Source of the DNA: Candidatus Saccharimonadota bacterium
GTDB lineage: Bacteria; Patescibacteriota; Saccharimonadia; Saccharimonadales; DTSZ01
Reading direction: 5' to 3'
NCBI GenBank assembly: GCA_012965045.1
Contig: DTSZ01000001.1
Span: 6,607 to 70,606 of the forward strand
Length of the DNA stretch: 64,000 nt
A program made the position numbers and the translations under genes. The notes beneath the pieces were generated by a model. The model made no database searches. It saw only the letters and a program-made list of their open reading frames with translations, and was not told the origin of the DNA. Of the stretch, positions 37,442 through 47,596 are shown piece after piece (positions within the stretch are counted from its first letter, which is position 1; each line of letters starts with the position of its first letter).

Positions 37442-38255
37442 CGAAGCCCCACAACCGGAGATTATTAAGAAGCCTTTTAAGGAGCTGGTTTTAACTCAGG
37501 TAGCTCGGTTAATAAATGTCGCTATGATTGTTGCGGCCTATTTGCTCATAAGCAATGATTTGTTCGAGATTGCTTTAGTAGTTTTTATTTTTAGTAAGTG
37601 GCGGATATTTTTTACACGACCACGACTGTGGTTTACGAATCTAGTTAATTCACTGTGTGATGTGACGTTCGGTCTGTCTATTTTGCGGCTAATGGAGCTG
37701 TATTATCCAGTCGACGAACAGATTGCGATTGGATTAGCCGGGGTGTTGTTTATATGGCAGTTAATCCTTAAACCCTTAACCTCCCACTGGGCTGTTCGGC
37801 TTCAGGCACTACTGTGTATAGTAGCCGCGAATACGACAATTTGGACATTGTACGCCGACCCTGACATGCTGCACGGATCACTCGCTGTCCTTCTTAGTAT
37901 TATTGCGGCCTACGCTTCGGGGCGACATGTCTTGCGCCAAGTTGATAGTGAAAAAATTCGTGAAGAAATTCGCGGTAAAATTTTAACGGTTTGGGTGTTT
38001 ATTGCAGCTCAACTGGCGTGGTTTTTTTGGCTGTGGAATGTGTATTACGGTCTGCGATTATTTGACGTGTACGTACCGCAAGCAGCAATTATATTTGGTA
38101 TAACATTTTCGTATTTAGGTTCCGTGCTGTTGTACCAACAACCAGAAGAATCCAAACCGTCTTCACGACGATTTATGGTGCAACAAACTATTTCGTATAG
38201 CATAATTATGGTTGCTATTATTGTTCTTACGAACTGGAATACGAGTATTCAATAA
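37434..38255 (+). CDS. Hypothetical polytopic membrane protein
   Basis: A 273-aa ORF with about 7 hydrophobic segments and no motif I recognise. Its start overlaps the stop of the LCP gene by 8 nt. Confidence 0.5.
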   Translation: MTDEAPQPEIIKKPFKELVLTQVARLINVAMIVAAYLLISNDLFEIALVVFIFSKWRIFFTRPRLWFTNLVNSLCDVTFGLSILRLMELYYPVDEQIAIGLAGVLFIWQLILKPLTSHWAVRLQALLCIVAANTTIWTLYADPDMLHGSLAVLLSIIAAYASGRHVLRQVDSEKIREEIRGKILTVWVFIAAQLAWFFWLWNVYYGLRLFDVYVPQAAIIFGITFSYLGSVLLYQQPEESKPSSRRFMVQQTISYSIIMVAIIVLTNWNTSIQ

Positions 38256-38273
38256 TCCAAAAGGGAGGGCACT

Positions 38274-39440
38274 TTGGAAGACAACAACACAACCACAACG
38301 ACAACGACAATTGCATCAAACCAGAGGACTAAGAAACAGACTATAAACTATATAGTTGTCGTTATTTTGTCACTTGTAGCCGGATTTGCTGGCAGCTTTG
38401 TTTATAATCAGACATTTAAATCTAGCAGCATACATTCGCCAACCACAACAGAAGAGCGCCAACAGTTAGTATTGCAAGAGAGCGAAGTTATCGCTGAAAT
38501 TGCCGAGCAAGTAGAGCCGAGCGTAGTGAGTATTGTAACCGAGCAAACCGTGCAGGGCTTTTTCACTCAAGGAGTATCCGAGGGGGCAGGGAGTGGCATA
38601 ATTCTTACCGAGGATGGGTTGGTAGTTACGAATAGTCATGTTATTCCAAGTAGCGTGGATACGATTACCGTGGTGGCTTCGGACGGGACCGAGTACGAAA
38701 ATGTCGAATTAATCGACCGCGACCCATTTAATGATATTGCCTATCTAAAAATTCCAGACGTTTCCGACTTAAAACCGGCTCGCCTCGGAACATCAAATGA
38801 AGTTAAAGTGGGCGAGAAAGTAATAGCTATCGGTAACGCTCTGGGCCGGTTCGATAATACGGTGACATCTGGAATAATTTCTGGCCTCGGTAGACCGATA
38901 ATTGCCGGAGGTGACGGCGAAGAAGCAGAAAGTTTAACAAACCTATTTCAAACCGATGCAGCTATTAATCCCGGTAACTCTGGCGGGCCGCTTCTTAATA
39001 TTAACGGGGAAGTAATTGGCATAAATACAGCAGTAGCCGATGGAGAGAATATAGGTTTTGCTATACCGATTGACGATGTTACTCCTGGGATTCAGAGCGT
39101 TAAAGATAACGGGGAACTCATAAAACCATACTTAGGGGTGCGCTACATTACTCTTACGGCGGCAATATCAAAACAGTTTGGGCTTGTGAGTGAAACAGGT
39201 GCCTATTTGGTGGCCGACAGAGGCAATGCTGTGTTGCCAGAAAGTCCAGCAAGCAAAGCTGGGCTGCAAAACGGCGACGTAATTATATCTGTTGACGGCG
39301 TTTTAATTGATGACAGAAATACACTAAGTTCTTTAATTGGACGTCATCAGGTTGGCGATGCAGTAGAACTGGTCATTGAACGAAATGATGAGCAGCAGAC
39401 TGTTCAGGTAGAGCTAGAAGCGGTTCCTGATAGTTTGTAG
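38274..39440 (+). CDS. htrA: HtrA/DegP-type serine protease with one PDZ domain (TTG start)
   Basis: The catalytic triad blocks are TNSHV, D(I)AYLK and GNSGGPL. A C-terminal PDZ domain is present (..GLQNGDVIISVDG..). The protein has an N-terminal TM anchor, and an aagggaggg SD lies upstream. Confidence 0.85.
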   Translation: MEDNNTTTTTTTIASNQRTKKQTINYIVVVILSLVAGFAGSFVYNQTFKSSSIHSPTTTEERQQLVLQESEVIAEIAEQVEPSVVSIVTEQTVQGFFTQGVSEGAGSGIILTEDGLVVTNSHVIPSSVDTITVVASDGTEYENVELIDRDPFNDIAYLKIPDVSDLKPARLGTSNEVKVGEKVIAIGNALGRFDNTVTSGIISGLGRPIIAGGDGEEAESLTNLFQTDAAINPGNSGGPLLNINGEVIGINTAVADGENIGFAIPIDDVTPGIQSVKDNGELIKPYLGVRYITLTAAISKQFGLVSETGAYLVADRGNAVLPESPASKAGLQNGDVIISVDGVLIDDRNTLSSLIGRHQVGDAVELVIERNDEQQTVQVELEAVPDSL

Positions 39441-39485
39441 ATTGTTCAATCACTTTTATTTCATTGCTGGTGCTAGAATAAAGAC

Positions 39486-40295
39486 ATGACAACATTGGAC
39501 AAACAATTAGACTTAGCGAAAGATATTGCTAGGCAAGCTGGCAAGATTATGACTAGCTACTTTCGAGATGGCGCACCAACCAACACGAAAGATGATGGAA
39601 CTGTGGTTACATCCGCCGACATAGAGATTAATCAACTAGTAATCGATAGTTTCACCAAAGAGACTCCTGAATATTCAATATGGGGAGAAGAAAAGAGTGT
39701 AATACACCGAGGGGCAGAATTTACATGGGTCTGCGACCCAATAGATGGAACAGCGCCTTTTGCAAAAAAAATCCCTATATCTACCTTTTCGCTTGCACTA
39801 GTAAATGGACAAGGAGTGAGTGTCTTAGGTGTTGTGTACGATCCATTTACAGATAGACTATTCGAGGCAGTAAAAAGTCAGGGCGCCTTCATGAACAACG
39901 AGAGTATTCGTGTATCAAAAGTCGATAGTCTCCGTGGCGCCTCTATAGATCAGGAGCTTTGGGTAAATAATGTCGAAGGAGTAAGTTTTGAAGATCCAAG
40001 AGGTAGATTTGCCATCTTAGGCGCTCAAGTTAGTGTGCAGTGCTCAGCAGTTCTTACTGGCTGTCTTACGGCGAGCGGAGCGTTCGATGCTATGTTGTTT
40101 GGTCAGAGTAAACCAGAGGATATAGCAGCACTCGCCGTAATCGTTCCAGAGGCTGGGGGTAAGGTCACTGATCTCTACGGGAATAAGCAAAGGTATGATC
40201 AAAAAATACAGGGTGCAGTGGTTTCCAATGGTTTATTCCACGACCAATTAATTGAAATTACTAACTCCATGAACTATAAGAGTCTAAATCTCTAA
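39486..40295 (+). CDS. Inositol monophosphatase family protein
   Basis: WVCDPIDGT is the IMPase motif A. The metal site GEE and the downstream WD..AG-like region are also present. Confidence 0.75.
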   Translation: MTTLDKQLDLAKDIARQAGKIMTSYFRDGAPTNTKDDGTVVTSADIEINQLVIDSFTKETPEYSIWGEEKSVIHRGAEFTWVCDPIDGTAPFAKKIPISTFSLALVNGQGVSVLGVVYDPFTDRLFEAVKSQGAFMNNESIRVSKVDSLRGASIDQELWVNNVEGVSFEDPRGRFAILGAQVSVQCSAVLTGCLTASGAFDAMLFGQSKPEDIAALAVIVPEAGGKVTDLYGNKQRYDQKIQGAVVSNGLFHDQLIEITNSMNYKSLNL

Positions 40296-41110
40296 TCTCT
40301 TGCAAATATACTAATAAATTCGGAAGCTTTATGATATTTAAATCTATAGTGTTTAGCCTGTGCTGTTAGTTCATTGACTTGATCTGGGTTTGATTCAACG
40401 ATGAGTAAATTACAACTTTTAGGTAATCGCGACAGTAGTTTTCTGTACAATCTTAAACCATTATCCTCTGCAAATAACGCTAGACTTGGTTCGTATACGG
40501 TTTCTGGACTCCGCTCATCTGTTTTTCGAACATACGGCAGGTTGGCAACCACGGTATCTATCCCTCTCCAAGGCAACTCCTTGGAAAGAGAGTTTTTATG
40601 ATCTAGGATGTCGGTTTCAAAGACATTTATATCAAGTTTGAGTTGTTTTGCATTTTGCTTGGCGACTGTTAATGCGTCTGGTGATATATCGCAGGCCTGC
40701 ACCTCTAAGTCAGGACGATTGGCTTTTATTGCTAAGGCTATCGCTCCAGAGCCTGTGCCGACGTCAATCAATGTACTTCCTTTAGGCGCCACATTAATCG
40801 CCTGTTCAACCATTGTTTCAGTTTCGGGCCTTGGTATGAGCACTTCTGGAGTAACACTAATATCTAAACCGTAAAATTCAATACATCCGCGGATGTAGGC
40901 TAACGGCTCTCTGTGCGTACGGCGCTTTAAATAATTATTTGCTTCTCGGAGCTGCTCTTTCGTCAATTTTTCGGGTGGATTTGTTAATAATTTTGTCCGA
41001 TTAGTCTTTAAAACCAAAGCTACAATTAGCTCTGCGTCAAGCCGAGCAGAGCTAATACCTACACCCTTTAACTGTTTAGTAGCGGTTTCTAAAAACTGAT
41101 TAGTTAGCAT
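40292..41110 (-). CDS. prmC: Release factor glutamine N5-methyltransferase PrmC (HemK)
   Basis: The SAM motif is DVGTGSGAIA. The NPPY-type motif appears as ANLPYV. The gene lies in an operon with prfA. Confidence 0.85.
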   Translation of the reverse strand: MLTNQFLETATKQLKGVGISSARLDAELIVALVLKTNRTKLLTNPPEKLTKEQLREANNYLKRRTHREPLAYIRGCIEFYGLDISVTPEVLIPRPETETMVEQAINVAPKGSTLIDVGTGSGAIALAIKANRPDLEVQACDISPDALTVAKQNAKQLKLDINVFETDILDHKNSLSKELPWRGIDTVVANLPYVRKTDERSPETVYEPSLALFAEDNGLRLYRKLLSRLPKSCNLLIVESNPDQVNELTAQAKHYRFKYHKASEFISIFARD

Positions 41111-41627
41111 AATCTATAATTTGGTTTTTTATAGCGGTAACAGATTGAGACGAATCAATTATTTCCCATCCATTAGTTTGTGCAAGAACAAGCAGTCTTG
41201 ATGAATCGTTAAACACGACTTTACGTTCATCAGTCTTATACCCGTAGCCCTTTAGTTCCCGTGTGTCTAGGCGTTCATTTCTTACGCTGCTAGGTGCATC
41301 TAGAAGAATCACCTTATCAAAATATTGTTTTGCTCGTGAATCTATTTGTTGCGAAAAACCGCAAATAAATACCAAGTTACTTGAATGGAGATACTGTTCG
41401 AGTTTTTGTAAATTCCAGTCCCAGCGGTAGTCATTCCAATTAAAGCCAGGCTTATTAAATACTTTTGCAGAAACTTCCTTGCCTTGTTGATCGTAAAGAG
41501 CACCAATGCCCTTTATGTCTGTAGAATCATCAAAAGCTTTGTAACCAGCTTGATTGAGCTTACGGCAAAGGGTTGTTTTGCCGCTTGCCGCAGCGCCGGT
41601 TATTAAAATTTTCATTGTGTGGTGCAA
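41100..41627 (-). CDS. P-loop NTPase, nucleoside/nucleotide-kinase-like (paralog B)
   Basis: Walker A is ILITGAAASGKTTL, and ILLDAPSSVRNERL is a typical kinase lid/Walker-B region. It shares overall architecture with the adjacent gene. Confidence 0.55.
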   Translation of the reverse strand: MHHTMKILITGAAASGKTTLCRKLNQAGYKAFDDSTDIKGIGALYDQQGKEVSAKVFNKPGFNWNDYRWDWNLQKLEQYLHSSNLVFICGFSQQIDSRAKQYFDKVILLDAPSSVRNERLDTRELKGYGYKTDERKVVFNDSSRLLVLAQTNGWEIIDSSQSVTAIKNQIIDYAN

Positions 41628-42133
41628 CTTATAATCATGTTCACAGTTTCCTCAACTGTTAGTCGATTAGTGTCAACGACTATAGCTCCCAGACCTCTCA
41701 TTCGTTGTTTGTCGGAATCCTTGTATTTGGCTATTGCATCGCGCTCTTCCTGTTTCTTGCCGTAGGCATTATCTCGAGCATCGTATCTGTTAAAAAGCAC
41801 TTCAAGGGGGGCATCGAGAAAGAATATAAAACCACATTGGGTAGCAATTTTTTCAATACCGTCAACGTTACCAACTAAAAACAAGTTCTTATCTAGTTTT
41901 GTTTTGCTTTTTTTTGCTTGAAATTTGGCAGGATTAATCCGCCACTGAAAATACTGAAGATAACCATCCATATTCATCACAACCTTGCTTCCACGAGGGT
42001 GGAATTTATTAGTGCGTGTATCAAACCAATCAGAGACGGAGTCCAAATCAATTACTTGGTATCCGTCTTCTGCTAACGTATTGCCGACGGTTGTTTTTCC
42101 CGTACCGGCAACGCCCGTAATTAAAACCTTCAT
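41612..42133 (-). CDS. P-loop NTPase, nucleoside/nucleotide-kinase-like (paralog A)
   Basis: Walker A is VLITGVAGTGKTTV, and FFLDAPLEVLFNRY matches the corresponding block in paralog B. Its start codon abuts the prfA stop at 42133. Confidence 0.55.
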   Translation of the reverse strand: MKVLITGVAGTGKTTVGNTLAEDGYQVIDLDSVSDWFDTRTNKFHPRGSKVVMNMDGYLQYFQWRINPAKFQAKKSKTKLDKNLFLVGNVDGIEKIATQCGFIFFLDAPLEVLFNRYDARDNAYGKKQEERDAIAKYKDSDKQRMRGLGAIVVDTNRLTVEETVNMIISCTTQ

Positions 42134-43197
42134 TACACTCGAGCATCTTCCTCTATAAGTTGTTGCTCGAATTTAAGCAACTCTTCTACAAGGTCATCGA
42201 TGTCGCCGTCGAGGGCACTTAACATGTTAGAGCGTGAATATTTTATGCGATGGTCTGTAATGCGATCTTGCGGCAAGTTATAGGTACGGATCTTTTCGCT
42301 GCGATCGCCACTCCCAATAAGGCTTTTTCGATGTGCTGATTCTTTAGCTTGTTGTTCTTCTTGTTGCTTGGCTAGCAAGCGGGCTCGCAGGACACCCATG
42401 GCCTTTTCTTTATTTTTAATCTGAGACTTCTCATCTTGGCAGGTTACAACAACGCCAGTTGGTACGTGAGTTATTCGTACTGCTGAGTCGGTGGTGTTAA
42501 CGCTCTGACCGCCGTGGCCACTTGCTCGGTAGGTGTCGATTTGTAGGTCTTGCTGCTGTATATCAATGTCTTGTTCTTCGGCCTCTGGTAGTACGGCTAC
42601 GGTTGCTGTTGAGGTGTGTATGCGGCCTTGGCTTTCAGTAGCCGGTACTCGTTGCACTCGGTGAACGCCGGATTCGAATTTCATAAATCGGTAAACTTGC
42701 CGACCGGTCACTTCGAACGACACTTCTTTATAGCCGCCATTGTCGGAATTGCTAGTACTGATTATTTCGACTTTCCAGCCCTTGTTTTCGGCATACCGTG
42801 AATACATTCTAAATAAATCACCAGCAAAAATTGCCGCTTCGTCGCCACCAGCCCCAGCGCGGATTTCGACAATCACGTCTTTGGGGTCATTCGGGTCGCT
42901 TGGAGTAAGCTCATTCCGCAAGCTGGTTTCAAGTTTCTGTTTTGTAGCTTCTAATTCTTTTAGTTCTGATTGAGCCATCTGGCCAAGGTCTGGGTCGCCA
43001 ACCATCTCTTTAGTGTCGGTAATGGCGGTCTGTGTTTGTTCAAGTTCGTTTAGCGAGTTAACGACGTCTTGCAGCAGGGAATAGCGCTTAGACTTTGCAA
43101 TAAAATCAGGCTTTGCATGAACTCCTGGCTCGCTCATAAATGCTTCGAGCTGTTTTAGTTCTGATTCTAGTTTGGGTTTAAATTCTAGTAAGTTCAT
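42133..43197 (-). CDS. prfA: Peptide chain release factor 1
   Basis: The PAT tripeptide ([14 protein letters not shown]) identifies RF1, and GGQ appears as [10 protein letters not shown]. The start is placed at [11 protein letters not shown].. (43197). Confidence 0.9.
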   Translation of the reverse strand: MNLLEFKPKLESELKQLEAFMSEPGVHAKPDFIAKSKRYSLLQDVVNSLNELEQTQTAITDTKEMVGDPDLGQMAQSELKELEATKQKLETSLRNELTPSDPNDPKDVIVEIRAGAGGDEAAIFAGDLFRMYSRYAENKGWKVEIISTSNSDNGGYKEVSFEVTGRQVYRFMKFESGVHRVQRVPATESQGRIHTSTATVAVLPEAEEQDIDIQQQDLQIDTYRASGHGGQSVNTTDSAVRITHVPTGVVVTCQDEKSQIKNKEKAMGVLRARLLAKQQEEQQAKESAHRKSLIGSGDRSEKIRTYNLPQDRITDHRIKYSRSNMLSALDGDIDDLVEELLKFEQQLIEEDARV

Positions 43198-43250
43198 AAA
43201 AATAAAATACTGCCTCAACTTGCAGGCAGTATAACGTGTTTTCTATTAGT

Positions 43251-43622
43251 TTAGGATTCTTTTAACTCGACTTTAGCGTTTTTATCACCAAGCTTCACAG
43301 CTTCTGATTGTTCTTTTTCGGTCTTAGGAGCTTGTTTTTTAGCTGCAGCTTTCATTTTAGCTTCACGAGCAGCCTTAGCTTTTTCTGCTTTGGCCTTAAA
43401 GCGGTCAACTCGACCTTCGAGGTCTAGAACTTTTTCTTTACCTGTGTAGAAAGGGTGAGATGAACTGCTAATGTGAGTTTTTACCAATGGGTATTCGTTG
43501 CCGTCTTCCCACTTAATAGTGTCATCGGCCTTTGCTGTCGATTTAGTTAAAAACGTCGAACCATCTGATGTGTCTTGGAACACAACTGGTCGGTAATCTT
43601 GTGGGTGTAAGTCTTTTCTCAT
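43251..43622 (-). CDS. rpmE: 50S ribosomal protein L31, type B (no CxxC), with a ~45-aa Lys/Ala-rich C-terminal extension
   Basis: The core is [17 protein letters not shown]...HPFYTGK......GRVDRF. It is followed by the tail [25 protein letters not shown]... Confidence 0.85.
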   Translation of the reverse strand: MRKDLHPQDYRPVVFQDTSDGSTFLTKSTAKADDTIKWEDGNEYPLVKTHISSSSHPFYTGKEKVLDLEGRVDRFKAKAEKAKAAREAKMKAAAKKQAPKTEKEQSEAVKLGDKNAKVELKES

Positions 43623-43655
43623 AAACGAAGACTATCATAACTGAGGTTGTGAAAC

Positions 43656-43684
43656 TTGTAAACCCCAATCTCATCTGATAGAAT
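43656..43684 (+). promoter_or_regulatory. Candidate promoter for rpsB-tsf (TTGTAA-N17-TAGAAT)
   Basis: TTGTAA lies at 43656-43661 and TAGAAT at 43679-43684, about 115 nt upstream of the rpsB ATG. Confidence 0.4.
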
Positions 43685-43800
43685 TTCTGGTAGCTCAAAT
43701 AATTAATGTAATACAGAGAGTTTGTGAGCATCCTCTGGTTTTTTCTTAGAACTAGTTAGAGCTCTCGGTGAATAAGGAAGCAAGAAAAGGAGATCTCTTT

Positions 43801-44529
43801 ATGAGTTCGATTGATCCACGTGATCTATTAAAAGCTGGTGGCCACTTTGGTCACAAAACAAGTCGGTGGCACCCTAAAATGGCGCCGTATATTTTTGACG
43901 CCAAGCAAGGTGTTCATATTATTGACTTAACAAAAACCGTAACACTACTGGACGACGCATTAGCTTTTGTTGAAAAAACAGTGGCTGGCGGCAAAGACGT
44001 GCTAATTGTTGGCACAAAACGACAGGCAAAGTCTGTTGTAAAGGACATGGCAGAAAAAACAGGTATGCCATACGTAGTAGAGCGCTGGTTGGGCGGAATG
44101 CTTACAAACCACTCGACAATGGGCGAAAGAATTAAACACTTAAAACAGCTCGAAAAACAAATGGAAAGCGGAGAACTTGAGGCAAAATACAATAAACTAG
44201 AAGTTCAACGATTCCAAGAAGATATTGATAAGCTAAATCTAAACTTTAGCGGCATCAAGGAAATGAAAGGTCAACCAGGAGCAGTCATTGTAGTTGACGT
44301 TGTTGAAGAAAATAATGCTGTTAATGAAGCAAATAAACTACACATTCCAGTTGTAGGTATTTGTGATACCAACGCGAACCCTCAAAACATTGATTTTGTT
44401 GTTCCGTGTAACGATGACGCAATTAAGGCAATTCAATTGCTAGCAGACGCGTTTGCTGGGGCGATCGATAAAGGTCTAGCTAAACGTGGCGCTGCAGAAC
44501 CAAAAGAAGACAAGGAAGGTGGAAAATAA
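43801..44529 (+). CDS. rpsB: 30S ribosomal protein S2
   Basis: LLKAGGHFGHKTSRWHPKM and ERWLGGMLTN are present. The start is trimmed to the ATG at 43801, which is preceded by aaaaggag. Confidence 0.9.
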   Translation: MSSIDPRDLLKAGGHFGHKTSRWHPKMAPYIFDAKQGVHIIDLTKTVTLLDDALAFVEKTVAGGKDVLIVGTKRQAKSVVKDMAEKTGMPYVVERWLGGMLTNHSTMGERIKHLKQLEKQMESGELEAKYNKLEVQRFQEDIDKLNLNFSGIKEMKGQPGAVIVVDVVEENNAVNEANKLHIPVVGICDTNANPQNIDFVVPCNDDAIKAIQLLADAFAGAIDKGLAKRGAAEPKEDKEGGK

Positions 44530-45122
44530 TGGCAAGCGTAGAAGATATCAAACGACTCAAAAGCCTAACAGGTGTTGGTTTAACCGCTGCAAAAAAAGCA
44601 CTCGAAGAAGCTGACGGCGACTTCGATAAAGCTTTAGAAGCTATGCGCATTAAAGGTATAGCTAAAGCCGACAAAAAATCTGACCGCGAAGCAAGCGCTG
44701 GTATGGTGCATGCTTACATTCATGGTGGAAAAATTGGGGTATTGGTCGAAGTGAATTGTGAAACAGATTTTGTTGCACGAACTGACGACTTTAAAGCATT
44801 TGTTAATGATGTCGCTTTGCACGTTGCTGCAGCTGCTCCACAATTTGTGTCTGCAGAAGATATTTCAGAGGACATTATTGCTAAAGAAAAAGATTTAATC
44901 GCTAAAGAACTTGAAGAACAGGGTAAGCCAAAAGAAATGCTGGATAAAATTGCAGAAGGAAAATTAAAGAAGTTTGCGTCTGAAATTTCATTACTTGAAC
45001 AAGGCTTTGTAAAGAACCCTGACATGACTGTCGGAGAGTATCTGAAAGAAACAATTGCTAAGCTAGGCGAGAACATGGTTATTCGTCGCTTTGAGCGAAT
45101 CGAGATGGGCGTATACAATTAG
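44529..45122 (+). CDS. tsf: Elongation factor Ts (short form)
   Basis: IKRLKSLTGVGLTAAKKALEEADGDFDKA is the UBA-like N-terminus, and VEVNCETDFVART is also present. The start overlaps the rpsB stop by 1 nt. Confidence 0.9.
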   Translation: MASVEDIKRLKSLTGVGLTAAKKALEEADGDFDKALEAMRIKGIAKADKKSDREASAGMVHAYIHGGKIGVLVEVNCETDFVARTDDFKAFVNDVALHVAAAAPQFVSAEDISEDIIAKEKDLIAKELEEQGKPKEMLDKIAEGKLKKFASEISLLEQGFVKNPDMTVGEYLKETIAKLGENMVIRRFERIEMGVYN

Positions 45123-45151
45123 GTATAGCAACAAACTTTGGAGGTTCAGTT

Positions 45152-45709
45152 ATGGACGGTGAATTAAAACAAGCCGAGCAAAAAATGAAAGGTGCCCTTG
45201 AGCACTTACATGGAGAGCTAAAGAAAATTAGAACCGGCCGCGCAAATCCGGCTGTTTTAGATAGTGTTCAGGTTGAGGCTTATGGACAACTGAGTCCACT
45301 GCAGCATGTGGCAAACGTAAATGCAGTCGATTCACAGATGCTTACTATTACGCCATTTGACCCGAGCAATCTAGACGCAATCACCGCTGCTATTCGTAAT
45401 GACTCGTCGCTTGGCTTAAACCCAGCGGACGACGGGAAGGTCATTCGTGTCCCAATCCCGCCACTTACAGAAGAGCGACGCAAAGAAATTGCCAAGCAAG
45501 TCGGCGAAAAAGCAGAAGAGGCTAAGATTAGTCTTCGGAATGCCCGCCACGACTGCTTGAGTAGCCTAAAAGACCAAGAAAAAGCTGCTGACCTTACTAA
45601 GGACGAGCTGTTTCGAGCCGAGAACAAGGTAGGGGAACTGATAGAAAAATACCAAGGCGAAATTGATTCTGCGGCAAAGACCAAAGAAGACGAGATAATG
45701 ACTGTTTAG
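45152..45709 (+). CDS. frr: Ribosome recycling factor
   Basis: LKKIRTGRANPAVLD, IPPLTEERRKE and RNARHD are all present. Confidence 0.9.
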   Translation: MDGELKQAEQKMKGALEHLHGELKKIRTGRANPAVLDSVQVEAYGQLSPLQHVANVNAVDSQMLTITPFDPSNLDAITAAIRNDSSLGLNPADDGKVIRVPIPPLTEERRKEIAKQVGEKAEEAKISLRNARHDCLSSLKDQEKAADLTKDELFRAENKVGELIEKYQGEIDSAAKTKEDEIMTV

Positions 45710-45713
45710 CTTT

Positions 45714-46820
45714 ATGATGATTTTTTTGGGGCTGATTTTATTTGTTTTGATCATCGTTGTTCACGAATATGGTCATTTTTTGGCTGCTAAACGCAACGGC
45801 GTGGAGGCTGAGGAGTTTGGCATTGGATTTCCTCCAAAGATTGCAGGCAAAACCATGGGAAAGGGTATTTTTAGGGGTTATTACACTCTAAATTGGCTGC
45901 CATTTGGTGGATTTGTAAAACTTAAGGGTGAAAACTCTGAAGATAAACGTAAAGGCAGTTTTGGCGCCGCTAGTTTTTGGGTAAAGACAAAGATTATATT
46001 AGCTGGTGTTTTTATGAACGTAGTTTTTGCTGTCATGGCTTTTAGTATTGTTGCAGCTATAGAAATTCCTCGGTTTCTGCCGAACCAGTTCACTGTAAAA
46101 AGTGAGGAAACCGTTATCGAGCAACATGTAGACATTGTACGCGTGGAAGAGGGCTCCCCAGCTGACCAGGCAGGGCTAATAGCTGGCCAAAGCATTGAGT
46201 CTATCGCTGGCGAGGATGTTAATACTTTAGACGACTTAAATCGACTGGTGGAGAAATACGCTGGTCAAACTGTAGGTATTGGTATTGTTCCAACCGAAGC
46301 TTACCAAACAGGCGAGTTTTCAGATGGTGTAGTCCAGGCGGAACTACGAGCAGACCCAGAGGATGGGGAAAGTTATTTGGGCGTTGGGTTGAATTCCATA
46401 GATACATACCGAGTTAGTCCATGGGCGGCACCGATCGCTGGCGCTGGCTTAACTGTTCAAATTGCTGGCGAAACTCTCCACTTTTTAGGAGATCTTGTTA
46501 CGAGTCCTTTTAGAGGTGACTTTCAAGAACAAAGCCAAGGAATTGCTGGTCCAGTCGGGTTGGTGTTCGGAATTTTTCCCGCTGTTGATTCACTGTTGAA
46601 CTTACTATTTTTGGGTGGCGTTATTTCAGTTTCACTCGCAATTATGAACGCGCTACCAATACCGGCACTGGACGGGGGGCGACTTGCGGTAACTGGACTG
46701 TTTTTACTGCTCAAAAAGCCACTTACTGCAGAGGTTGAGAACCGTATCCATGGCTCTGGTATGGTATTCTTCTTGTTTTTAGCAGTACTTATTACGTATT
46801 CGGACATTTTAAAGTTGTAG
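45714..46820 (+). CDS. rseP: RIP (site-2) zinc metalloprotease RseP/Eep-like with a PDZ domain
   Basis: HEYGHFLAAK is the HExxH motif, a central PDZ domain is present, and NALPIPALDGG is the NxxPxxxLDG motif. Confidence 0.85.
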   Translation: MMIFLGLILFVLIIVVHEYGHFLAAKRNGVEAEEFGIGFPPKIAGKTMGKGIFRGYYTLNWLPFGGFVKLKGENSEDKRKGSFGAASFWVKTKIILAGVFMNVVFAVMAFSIVAAIEIPRFLPNQFTVKSEETVIEQHVDIVRVEEGSPADQAGLIAGQSIESIAGEDVNTLDDLNRLVEKYAGQTVGIGIVPTEAYQTGEFSDGVVQAELRADPEDGESYLGVGLNSIDTYRVSPWAAPIAGAGLTVQIAGETLHFLGDLVTSPFRGDFQEQSQGIAGPVGLVFGIFPAVDSLLNLLFLGGVISVSLAIMNALPIPALDGGRLAVTGLFLLLKKPLTAEVENRIHGSGMVFFLFLAVLITYSDILKL

Positions 46821-46823
46821 AAT

Positions 46824-47585
46824 ATGGAATCCTTCAAAAAACACTGGAGTTTCAAGCCGTTCCAAGCTAAGCCACCGTGGGGTGTTGGTTTTTCGTTTTT
46901 TCTGGCCATCCTCGCTATTCCACTGCTTGATGCCGGGGTGGTTGTCTGGGCGCGTAACGTTGGTTTTTTAGATAGCAATTTCGATGCTTCAAATATGACT
47001 TTTATTGTGCTTCAACTGACAGTTTTATTAATGGAGTTAGTATTTATCGGCTTAGTATTAAAAGCAAAAGTAAAAGATAAACGGCTTTTTTCGTTAAAGC
47101 CAGTTACAAAAGCACTGGGACTAATAAAGCCGACAAAATCACAGTACAGTGAATTGTTGAAAACTGCCGCAGGCTATTTTTTTGTATTGTTTTTTATTCT
47201 TAGTCCGCTAGTTGGTCTATTGCCAGAAAGTATTACTAGCCAAGAACAGCAGATTGGTCTCGATAAGACAACGACCTCCATGCTAGAGATAGCGCTGAGT
47301 GGGCTTATTTTATTGGTGCTTGTACCTATTGTTGAAGAGGTTTTGTACAGGGGAGTAGTATTTCGTTCACTGACTCGGTCGATGACGATGCCAATTGCCG
47401 CGGTGGTTTCGAGTGTTTTATTTGCTCTGGCTCACTTTAATATTGTGGTAGGAATCGATACCTTTGTTTTAGGAATATTACTGTGCTTGGTTTATTCTAG
47501 AACTAAGAATCTTTGGATGGCAGTAGCGCTACATTCAGTAAAAAATTCAATTGCATTCGTACTATTATTTTTCACGAATACTTAA
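46824..47585 (+). CDS. CPBP-family intramembrane glutamic endopeptidase (CAAX protease-like)
   Basis: EEVLYRG is the EExxxR motif, and FALAHF and ALHSVKN are the His motifs. Confidence 0.75.
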   Translation: MESFKKHWSFKPFQAKPPWGVGFSFFLAILAIPLLDAGVVVWARNVGFLDSNFDASNMTFIVLQLTVLLMELVFIGLVLKAKVKDKRLFSLKPVTKALGLIKPTKSQYSELLKTAAGYFFVLFFILSPLVGLLPESITSQEQQIGLDKTTTSMLEIALSGLILLVLVPIVEEVLYRGVVFRSLTRSMTMPIAAVVSSVLFALAHFNIVVGIDTFVLGILLCLVYSRTKNLWMAVALHSVKNSIAFVLLFFTNT

Positions 47586-47596
47586 GGAGGATACCT

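Noticed and set aside
47513-47596. Long form of proS (track start 47513)
   Set aside because: It overlaps the 3' end of the CPBP gene in another frame. The ATG at 47597 is preceded by taaggagg at the ideal distance.
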